The notes beneath the pieces are model-generated. The model saw nothing but the letters and a program-made list of their open reading frames with translations, searched no databases and was not told where the DNA came from. Shown here in pieces: positions 1 through 11,000 of a DNA stretch of 64,000 nt. The DNA is taken from the NCBI GenBank assembly GCA_950097015.1, contig CATNEN010000025.1:1240001-1304000 (forward strand). The letters run 5' to 3'. This DNA is from Macrostomum hystrix. Its lineage: Eukaryota; Animalia; Platyhelminthes. The number at the start of each line of letters is the position of its first letter. Within the stretch, counting starts at the first letter, position 1. Position numbers and translations under genes: made by a program.

Positions 1-688
1 ATAGCGACGGATCAGAAATGGGGATCTAAAATAACGAGGGACCAGACATGAGGATCTGGGATAGCGACAGATCAGAAATGGGGGTCTAAGATGACGAGGA
101 ACCAGACATGAGGATCTGGGATAGCGACGGATCAGAAATGGGGATCTAAGATGACGAGGGACCAGACATGAGGATCTGGAATAGTGACGGATCAGAAATG
201 GGGATCTAAGATGACGAGGGACCAGACATGAGGATCTGGGATAGCGACGGATCAGAAATGGGGATCTAAAATAACGAGGGACCAGACATGAGGATCTGGG
301 ATAGCGACGGATCAGAAATGGGGATCTAAAATAACGAGGAACCAGACATGAGGATCTGGGATAGCGACAGATCAGAAATGGGGGTCTAAGATGACGAGGA
401 ACCAGACATGAGGATCTGGGATAGCGACGGATCAGAAATGGGGATCTAAGATGACGAGGGACCAGACATGAGGATCTGGAATAGTGATGGATCAGAAATG
501 GGGATCTAAGATGACGAGGGACCAGACATGAGGATCTGGGATAGCGACAGATCAGAAATGGAGATCTAAATTAACGAGGGACCAGACATGAGGATCTGGG
601 ATAGCGACGGATCAGAAATGGGGATCTAAAATAACGAGGGACCAGACATGAGGATCTGGGATAGCGACAGATCAGAAATGGGGATCTT
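1..688. repeat. 60-bp tandem repeat (dimer of diverged 30-mers), truncated by the window edge
   Basis: atagcgacggatcagaaatggggatctaag + atgacgagggaccagacatgaggatctggg, about 11 copies. Confidence 0.95.
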
Positions 689-1039
689 AGGTATATTTGA
701 TCCTGATCTGAGGATCATAAGAGTCAATAAGATATTTCATAGAAAATAAACTTTTCTGTTTAAAGAATGAAATAAAGACTGTTAAGCAATGATTTATTTA
801 TTGCACAATAAAAAAGTAAAAACACAGTAAATTGATCACAGCTTCTAAAACTAGATTTTATATGAATAATGTTACAATTAGAAAAATTAAACTTAACGTA
901 GATTTGAAATGACGAGTAAAAGCAAAAAACCATCAAACTGACTAGACTTGTCTGTCTATGCCGTTGTGTAAAAACCTTGGCCAATGTAAGATGAAATATG
1001 AACATTGAAATAAAGGCACTGGGGCAATCCTCTAAAAAG

Positions 1040-2221
1040 ATCCGCTAAACTAACAGCTGTAGGATATAGATCCGCTAAACTAACAGCTGTAGGATATAGA
1101 TCCGCTAAACTAACAGCTGTAGGATATAGATCCACTAAACTAACAGCTGTAGGATATAGATCCGCTAAACTAACAGCTGTAGGATATAGATCCACTAAAC
1201 TAACAGCTGTAGGATATAGATCCGCTAAACTAACAGCTGTAGGATATAGATCCGCTAAACTAACAGCTGTAGGATATAGATCCGCTAAACTAACAGCTGT
1301 AGGATATAGATCCACTAAACTAACAGCTGTAGGATATAGATCCGCTAAGTTAACAGCTGTAGGATATAGATCCGCTAAACTAACAGCTGTAGGATATAGA
1401 TCCGCTAAACTAACAGCTGTAGGATATAGATCCACTAAACTAACAGCTGTAGGATATAGATCCGCTAAACTAACAGCTGTAGGATATAGATCCACTAAAC
1501 TAACAGCTGTAGGATATAGATCCGCTAAACTAACAGCTGTAGGATATAGATCCACTAAACTAACAGCTGTAGGATATAGATCCGCTAAACCAACAGCTGT
1601 AGGATATAGATCCGCTAAACTAACAGCTGTAGGATATAGATCCACTAAACTAACAGCTGTAGGATATAGATCCGCTAAACTAACAGCTGTAGGATATAGA
1701 TCCGCTAAACTAACAGCTGTAGGATATAGATCCACTAAACTAACAGCTGTAGGATATAGATCCGCTAAGTTAACAGCTGTAGGATATAGATCCGCTAAAC
1801 TAACAGCTGTAGGATATAGATCCGCTAAACTAACAGCTGTAGGATATAGATCCGCTAAACTAACAGCTGTAGGATATAGATCCACTAAACTAACAGCTGT
1901 AGGATATAGATCCGCTAAACTAACAGCTGTAGGATATAGATCCACTAAACTAACAGCTGTAGGATATAGATCCGCTAAACTAACAGCTGTAGGATATAGA
2001 TCCACTAAACTAACAGCTGTAGGATATAGATCCACTAAACTAACAGCTGTAGGATATAGATCCGCTAAACTAACAGCTGTAGGATATAGATCCACTAAAC
2101 TAACAGCTGTAGGATATAGATCCGCTAAACTAACAGCTGTAGGATATAGATCCGCTAAACTAACAGCTGTAGGATATAGATCCACTAAACTAACAGCTGT
2201 AGGATATAGATCCACTAAACT
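1040..2221. repeat. 30-bp minisatellite, about 39 copies
   Basis: tccgctaaactaacagctgtaggatataga. Confidence 0.97.
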
Positions 2222-2654
2222 ATTAAGCCATTAAACTGTATGATTTTGGTCCCTCAGGTAGACCCGTATAAGTAATTTTGGTTAAATCAAAATAACATAA
2301 TAGAATGATAGCAGAGGTACAATTTCCTGTTTTTTATTTTCATGATTCCAAGCAAGGCTAGACGAAAATAAAATCGCATTAACACAAATATTAGAATTTC
2401 AATAGATATGCAATCGAATTGGCATAGAAATTTTGGGTTTCCTCTAAGTTGCGAACTCAATTAAAAAATGTAACTAACACAAAAAATTGATGATCAAACA
2501 AAAATGGTTCGTTTGAGTAATGTGAAACTAGTTATTAGTATATCGCGCAAAAATATATAAATCAATCAGAGCATACAAATTTCCATTTAAAACACAGATA
2601 CTCGTATATGATACTAACAAAATTGCAAAATGCATAGATTATTGCGATGGCAGC

Positions 2655-3650
2655 GATTCCAGCTACATTATCTGCTTCGATTCCAGCTACATTATCGCTT
2701 TGATTCCAGCTACATTATCTGCTTCGATTCCAGCTACATTATCGCTTTGATTCCAGCTACATTATCTGCTTCGATTCCTGCTACAATAACTGCTTCGATT
2801 CCAGCTACATTATCAGCTTCGATTCCAGCTACAATAACTGCTTCGATTCCAGCTACATTATCTGCTTCGATTCCAGCTACAATAACTGCTTCGATTCCAG
2901 CTACATTATCAGCTTCGATTCCAGCTACATTATCAGCATCGATTCCAGCTACATTATCAGCTTTGATTCCAGCTACATTATCTGCTTCGATTCCAGCTAC
3001 AATAACTGCTTCGACTCCAGCTACATTATCAGCTTCGATTCCTGCTACAATAACTGCTTCGATTCCAGCTACATTATCAGCTTCGATTCCAGCTACAATA
3101 ACTGCTTCGATTCCAGCTACATTATCTGCTTCGATTCCAGCTACAATAACTGCTTCGATTCCACCTACATTATCAGCTTTGATTCCAGCTACATTATCAG
3201 CTTCGATTCCTGCTACAATAACTGCTTCGATTCCAGCTACATTATCAGCTTCGATTCCAGCTACAATAACTGCTTCGATTCCAGCTACATTATCAGCTTC
3301 GATTCCAGCTACATTATCAGCTTCGATTCCAGCTACATTATCAGCTTTGATTCCAGCTACATTATCTGCTTCGATTCCAGCTACAATAGCTGATTCGATT
3401 CCAACTAAATTGTCTGCTTCGATTCCAAGTACATTTTCTGCTTTGATTCCAGCTACATTATCAGCTTCGATTCCAGCTACATTATCTGCTTCGATTCCAG
3501 CTACATTTTATGCTTTGATTCCAGCTACATTAGCTGCTTCGATTCCAAGTACATTTTCTGCTTTGATTCCAGCTACATTAGCTGCTTCGATTCCAAGTAC
3601 ATTTTCTGCTTTGATTCCAGCTACAGTATCTGCTTCGATTCCAGCTGCGT
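2655..3650. repeat. 24-bp (12-bp subunit) minisatellite
   Basis: cagcttcgattccagctacattat and variants. Confidence 0.95.
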
Positions 3651-3712
3651 CTTAGCAATGATTTTAACAAGGTCGTAAGCTACATTTAGCTAGCATCTCT
3701 ATCCCGAAGGGT

Positions 3713-5038
3713 CTAAACATAATCACCGCCTCGATTCCCAGCGATGACGGTCTGCAGGCTGACACCGGATGCGTCACTGTCCATGGTCATGTACAGACGG
3801 CCCTCTTCACTGTCGCTTGCGTCCGGATTATCATCACTATCATCGTCGCTTTCAGCCTCCGCATTGTCATGATCTGCCTCATAGTCATCCGCAGCTTCCT
3901 TTAGAATCTCGGCTTCATCCAGCAGCAGCGAGGAGGACGAGGAGGCCAGCAGGCGCAGGCTGGCTCCGGAGCGAAGCAGTCGGGGTGTTCGCTCGGCCGA
4001 TCCCAGATCGCTGCCGCTGCCACCGCTGCAGCTCTCGGAATCGTCGGGACCAGCATCGCCGCGGTCGTAAACTCTGGTAACGGCTACGGCGGCGGCTGTG
4101 GCGGCCGGCGGCGCGGCCACAATGCATTCCGTGATCGTCTCGCACGACGATGACGTTGAATTTCCGCCGCCACTGCCGACATCAGGCCGGCAGCCAGAAG
4201 ACGAAGGCAGAAGAGCAGGTGGCGTCGAAGTTGACATGGCCGCCGCAATGCACGCGAAATTGACGCGCGGCCTCGGCAGGATGTCGTCGAATGGCCGACG
4301 CCTGCCAGCCTCCTCGTCCGGGAACACGTAGTAGCAGTAGCCGAACAGGTCGGACAGCGGACGGCCGGCAGGCTGGGCGGCATGTCGGAAGCCGCCGACG
4401 CCGCCGGAGCTGCTTAAATCTGACAGAGACGACGAGGCAACGGAGGCCAGTGACAGCGACTCCGGCGTCGCGATCGGAGCCGGTCCGTTGACAGCGACTG
4501 CGGCGGATGGCGGCAGGCCGAAGTTGCGCATCAGGGCAGCAGGCATTGTGTGCGAATGCGGCATCATCGACAGCAGGGCGGAAGCCGAAGCCGACGCGGC
4601 TGTTTCGAAGCCGCCGCCGCTGCCGCTGTCGCCGCTGCAGTCGACGATGCCGCCCATGATGGAGGAAGACATTTCGTCGCTATCGACATCGTTGTCGACT
4701 AGCGTGCCGGATGGATCGACAACCAACGGTGAAGCCGACCGAGAAGTAGCAGCCGCTGTCAAACCGAGATTGACTTTTCCGATATTATTTCTGCTGCCAT
4801 TCAGCTCAGCAGTACACGAGTTTTCGTTGATATTGGACGAACGAAACAGTAGCTGGCGACGCTCAACGGAAGCCGACGTGGCAGCCGAAGGTTGCGGCGA
4901 CGCTGCCTGCGGCCGGAGGTTGCCTAAGGAGCCGCGTGGAGACGGCAGCAGACGATCGTAGTCGGAGAGCACGCCGGCTAAGGCGAATATGGCGTAGCCA
5001 GGCGAATGGTCACGCAGCATGGACGGCGAGGCGAGGAC
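3713..5038 (-). CDS. DAGLA: DAGL-like exon 8 (catalytic-His region + long Ser/Ala/Asp-rich tail)
   Basis: Acceptor tttcag|GTC; VLASPSMLRDHSP then about 430 aa low-complexity tail ending GGDYV*. Confidence 0.85.
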   Translation of the reverse strand, partial: VLASPSMLRDHSPGYAIFALAGVLSDYDRLLPSPRGSLGNLRPQAASPQPSAATSASVERRQLLFRSSNINENSCTAELNGSRNNIGKVNLGLTAAATSRSASPLVVDPSGTLVDNDVDSDEMSSSIMGGIVDCSGDSGSGGGFETAASASASALLSMMPHSHTMPAALMRNFGLPPSAAVAVNGPAPIATPESLSLASVASSSLSDLSSSGGVGGFRHAAQPAGRPLSDLFGYCYYVFPDEEAGRRRPFDDILPRPRVNFACIAAAMSTSTPPALLPSSSGCRPDVGSGGGNSTSSSCETITECIVAAPPAATAAAVAVTRVYDRGDAGPDDSESCSGGSGSDLGSAERTPRLLRSGASLRLLASSSSSLLLDEAEILKEAADDYEADHDNAEAESDDDSDDNPDASDSEEGRLYMTMDSDASGVSLQTVIAGNRGGDYV

Positions 5039-8000
5039 CTGAAATGAGGCGTGGAGGTAGAGTAGGAGTGGATCACAATTAAGGGATTAAGGTAGAGAGG
5101 GCATTGTCACCTGTCAAGACACAGGTCAGATTGAGATCTGTCAATAAATAACAGGTGAGATTGAGACCTGTCAAAAAATAACAGGTGAGATTGAGACCTG
5201 TCAAAAAATAACAGGTGAGATTGAGACCTGTCAATAAATAACAGGTGAGATTGAGATCTGTCAATAAATAACAGGTGAGATTGAGACCTGTCAAAAAATA
5301 ACAGGTGAGATTGAGACCTGTCAAAAAATAACAGGTGAGATTGAGACCTGTCAAAAAATAACAGGTGAGATTGAGACCTGTCAATAAATAACAGGTGAGA
5401 TTGAGACCTGTCAAAAAATAACAGGTGAGATTGAGACCTGTCAATAAATAACAGGTGAGATTGAGACCTGTCAATAAATAACAGGTGAGATTGAGACCTG
5501 TCAATACATAACAAGTGAGATGAGACCTGTCAAAAAATAACAGGTGAGATTGAGACCTGTCAATAAATAACAGGTGAGATTGAGACCTGTCAATAAATAA
5601 CAGGTGAGATTGAGACCTGTCAATACATAACAAGTGAGATGAGACCTGATAACTCATAACATGTGGAACAAAAATTTCGTCTTAAATAGCAGGTTGGATA
5701 AACCTCATCAAAGTCGGTGCCGTCGGCGCGTATAGCGTGAAACACGGGCGCTCCGTCAGTACCGCGCGCCCGCACCACATGCAGCACCCGGCCAGGCAGC
5801 TGCAGAGCCGGGAGCGGCGAAGGGGCGATTGACTCGGAGTCTGCGGCATTGTCTAACGAAGTAATTGCAGCCTGTAAAGGCTGATGCTGCTGCTGCTGCG
5901 GCTTGTAACCATCGCTGCAGCATCCGGCCTGAGCGGCTGAGCGACCGCGGGAGCATTGAGACGAACGACGAACGGCTGCATAAGATGTATTAGCGAAATT
6001 ACGAGTGATTAACTGATACTGCTTACAAATTGCACGCTCTGTTACTACCATAACACACTGACCTCACTCCTTGAACTATAATATAAATCTCACCCACCTC
6101 ACTCCTTAAACTATAAATCTCACCCACCTCACTCCTTGAACTAAAAATCTCACCCACCTCACACCTTGAACTATAAACGTCACCCACCTCACTCCTTGAA
6201 CTATAAATGTCACCCACCTCACTCCTTGAACTATAAATCTCACCCACATCACTCCTTGAACTATAAATCTCACCCACCTCACTCCTTGAACTATAAATCT
6301 CACCCACCTCACTCCTTGAACTATAAATCTCACCCACCTCACTCCTTAAACTAAAAATCTCACCCACCTCACTCCATGAACTGTAACACCCACCTCTTTA
6401 ACTACCTAAATAACCGCTGGAAAAGTAAACGACTGTTAAAAAGAAACTTTTTAATTGGCTCACCTATCAGATGTCGCAAGATAATACTCCACCGATGCGC
6501 CCAACAGCCGGCTAAAAGTTGCCTAACCCGATGTCGCAAAGCGGACGCCTGCGCCGGGCCTAGCCGTGCCACAGCGTCCCGGCCAATGACGACGGAGGTG
6601 GCGAACCGGCGCGCCAACATCGCCGCCTCGCGACCAAGGAGGCCGCCAGGCGGAGATTGCGCAATCACTCGTGCTCGACTAGGCCAAGTTTCGCCGCGAG
6701 CCAACGCCAGCAGAGTTAGAATAACGGCAGCGCCACCACTGACTCCATGTCCGGTCAGCGTCACGTCGGCTGAATGGCGCTCTTCTGCGGCGTTCTCGAC
6801 GTCGCCAACGCCGTTTGAGATGCCGAAAGACGTGGCAGTGTCCAGAGCACGAAATCTCGCCAGCTCTTCGCCTAGGCGAACGGCGAGATCGACGGCGCCG
6901 GCGTGACCGAGCCATTCAACGCCGCAGTCAGCAACGCCTGGCAGAGGAATCGGTGCGACGTCGCCGATCAAATCGGTCATCGAGGACGTTGATGCAACCT
7001 CGGCATGGCTTGGCGCAACAACAACAAAAGCGCTGCGCACAGTCGCATCGAAGCCCGAAAAGAACAGGCGGCTCGCGTGCGTCAGACGAAATTCGGCCTC
7101 GCCAATGCCGAGTCGCCGAAGTTGGCGACGAACGGCGACGGCGGTGGATGAGCCGTTGCCATGGCAACAAGCGCGCGCAGCCAGCGTCAGTTTGGCGCAA
7201 CGCAGAGCCAAGTCGATCTCGGCTCGATCGGATGGATTGGCCAGGTTGAGAAACCGTGTGGCTGAGTAGATCGGCCGGCCAGACATGTAGTCCAGTACGT
7301 GCTTGGAGCCTTCCTAAAAGAAAATAGTTGAGTATCCTCTGTAAAGTCAATTAACTTCAATTCAATCTGGAAATGCATCTCACCTAAAGGTTTTCACTTC
7401 ATTACTCCATTATCACTACTTCATAAGCATCAAAGTCACTAAAGTCAATGCACTCCTAAAAACCCATCTCATTTATAAATACATCCACTCCATCTTCTCC
7501 CCCAATATACTAAAATTCAAAACTATATTTCTATCTATCTATCTATAATATATATATACGACAAATTGATTTTCTCCCTAACGGCTCAACCGATTTTCAC
7601 CATTTCTTCACCAAAAGATGCCAAATATGGGGACAATTATACAAGTATTTTTCTTAAGCTTAACTTTATTGCTAAAGGGATTAAATATTCGAAAAACATG
7701 ATTTTTCAAAGGTCAAACCATCTTGGCCTATTGAGAATTTTACTCACTGCCACTGAATTAGAATTGCATCGTCAAATTGCGCAACACCCCCTCGCTGATT
7801 GAATTTGAAGCCTGCACTCTGGAGACAAATTGGAAATAAATGTACAAAACCAACCGCGAGACTGAGTGTACTCTATTTTCTTACTTCATTGTACAAAGCC
7901 AGAACTTTGAGAATTCACTTTATAAGGCTGATTTCTGCACCCACTAACCAACAGTCGGAATAGCCGATGTGTAGGCACTAGGAATAGGTTAGGCTAGGCT

Positions 8001-11000
8001 AGGGTTCGATTCTGCACTGCGTCAAATCATTTAGACTAATTTTCAGCCAGTAGTGATTGAAGATTATTTTAATTAATTTTTTTTTTTTAAATATTATAAA
8101 CCATAGAAAATCTGAGTTTGAATCATTGCAAAAATAGAGTTTGAATCAATGACAAAACCAGAGTTTGAATCATGGCAAAACCAGAGTTTGAATCATGGCT
8201 AAACCAGAGTTTGAATCATGGCTAAACCAGAGTTTGAATCATGGCTAAACCAGCGTCCGAATCATGGCTAAACCAGAGTCTGAATCATGGCTAAACCAGA
8301 GTTTGAATAATGGCTAAACCAGCGCCTGAATCATGACTAAACCAGAGTTTGAATCATGGCTAAACCAACGTTTGAATCATTGCTAAACCAGAGTTTGAAT
8401 CATGGCTAAACCAGAGTTTGAATCATGGCTAAACCAGAGTTTGAATCATGGCAAAACCAGAGTTTGAATCATGGCTAAACCAGAGTTTGAATCATGGCTA
8501 AACCAGAGTTTGAATCATGGCTAAACCAGAGTTTGAATCATGGCTAAACCAGAGTTTGAATCATGGCTAAACCAGAGTTTGAATCATGGCTAAACCAGCG
8601 TCCGAATCATGGCTAAACCAGAGTCTGAATCATGGCTAAACCAGAGTTTGAATAATGGCTAAACCAGCGCCTGAATCATGGCTAAACCAGCGTCCGAATC
8701 ATGGCTAAACCAGAGTCTGAATCATGGCTAAACCAGAGTTTGAATAATGGCTAAACCAGCGCCTGAATCATGACTAAACCAGAGTTTGAATCATGGCTAA
8801 ACCAACGTTTGAATCATTGCTAAACCAGAGTTTGAATCATGGCTAAACCAGAGTTTGAATCTTGGCTCATCAATCAATGGCGAGTCATCATCAACTGGGG
8901 GGATCATTGTCAACTGGGGAATCATTGTCGACTGGGGGATCATTGTCAACTGGGGGATCAATTTGAACTGGGGGATCATTGTCAACTGGGGGATGATTGT
9001 CAACTGGGTGATCATTATCAACTAGGGGAATCATTGTCAACTGGGGGATCATTGTCAACTGGGGGATCATTGTCAACTGGGGGTTCATTATCATCTGGGG
9101 GATCATTGTCAACTGGGGGATCATTGTCAACTGGGGGATCATTGTCATCTGGGGGATCATTGTCATCTGGGGGAGCATTGTCAACTAGGGTATCATTGTC
9201 AACTGGGGATCATCATCAACTGGGGGATCATTGTCAACTGGGGGTTCATTATCATCTGGGGGATCATTGTCAACTGGGGTGTCATTGTCAACTGGGGGAT
9301 CATTGTCAACTGGGGGATCATTGTCCACTGGGGGATCATTGTCAACTGGGAGAACAATGTCAACTGGGGATCATCATCAATGGGGAGTCATCATCAACTG
9401 GGGGGATCATTGTCAACTTGGGAATCATTGTCGACTGGGGGATCATTGTCAACTGGGGGATTATTGTCAACTGGGGGATGATTGTAGCTTAAAAAAGCTG
9501 AAACTACAGCTGCTAAAAAGTATATACTGGACGAATTAAAAATATTTCTGCTCCCCGAAGGGGGGCAAAACTTGCTAGTACAGTACTTCTAAAAACAAAC
9601 ATCAATCAACATATATCCAAATACTGATCTAACTGCACTCTCACCAACCAAGAAAACTAGCTTACTCCACCTTCCTGGGAATCACCCACTTAACTATCGA
9701 AAAACTAAACTAAGAAGCTTACCTTACAGAAAGCTTTTTTAGACACCCACCTCACTCCGCGCACATTTAGACACCCACCTCACTTCTACGCACTTTTAGA
9801 CACCCACATAAACCTAACTCACCCTAAGCACTTCAAAAATCCAACTTTACCACTGTGCTCAGAAATATTCTTTGCTCAAACTAAACAGTCAAAAAACTCA
9901 CGCTAAGCTCAAGTTTCTGACGCTGTCTCTGCTGCCGCCGCAGCAGCACTAGCCCGGCGGCCACGTCAGAAGCCACCAGATCTAGATCGGCAAATAGCGG
10001 AGTTAGACGAATCGCCGCGTCTGCCAAGCCGAATTGGGTCGACGGAAATGACGTTTGCCGTAAGAGATGGCAGCACACCTGACGAGATGTCGCAGAGGAT
10101 GACTGCGGCAGCGGAGGCAGCGGCGGCAGCAGTGCATGCTGTTTCTGAGCACTGGTAGAATCCATAGTAGAATTGGTTCTTTAAATTGGGATCAATTCAC
10201 AATTGTATTACAATTTAAAAGCTTTGACGCACTCACCACAGGGACTCGTCGAAGCTACGGCCATCGTCAGCGGTGTGATTTGCATGCAGCAGCTCCTTCT
10301 GCCTGGCCCTGCTTGCGTTGGATCTTCCCAGTGGTCGCCACTGCCACCAGCCGTGGCAGCCGCAGCAGCCAAGACGGCGCAATAGACAAATCAGAATCGC
10401 GGCGACGAGCACCGCCACTGTCCAGTCTATGGCGGCGACAGCTGCACAAATGAAATATATATCCCGCAATATGCTTACTAACCTACTTCAAGTAGACGCT
10501 ATAAAAAAACGAATCTTTAAGAAAACATTTACAGAAACACCAAAAATACCAACCAGCAAGAAGTCGCACCCATACGGAACGATTGGCGCAGGCGTTCAAC
10601 GAAGTCAATCCAGCTGACGAAGAGAACCGTTGCGACAGCGGCAGAAGCAGAAGAAACAGAGCCGGCAAACTCAACAGGTGCCAGGCTGTCTCTAGCGCCA
10701 GTAGGACTGCAAAGTTTCGGGTAAGGTTGCAAACGTGTTAAAAATATACTGTTCTGTCATGCTTTATATTAATATACGAGAATATAATATGCTCGTATCT
10801 TCGCTTCTCTTTGATTTTCTCCTTCCCCATCCATCTTCTCCTTCCCCATCCATCTTCTTCTTCCCCATCTTCTCCTTCCTCATCCATCTTCTCCTTCCCC
10901 ATCCATCTTCTCCTTCCCCATCCATCTTCTTCTTCCCCATCTTCTCCTTCCTCATCCACCTTCTCCTTCCTCATCCATCTTCTCCTTCCCCATCCATCTT

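Noticed and set aside
956-3655. 419-aa (DLYPTAVSLA)n and 341-aa (PATLSASI)n ORFs
   Set aside because: They coincide exactly with tandem arrays whose unit is a multiple of 3; there is no unique coding flank or splice context.
3769-4961. Plus-strand and alternative-frame ORFs over the lipase last exon (likewise over exon 6 and the GPCR exons)
   Set aside because: Shadow ORFs of GC-rich coding sequence.
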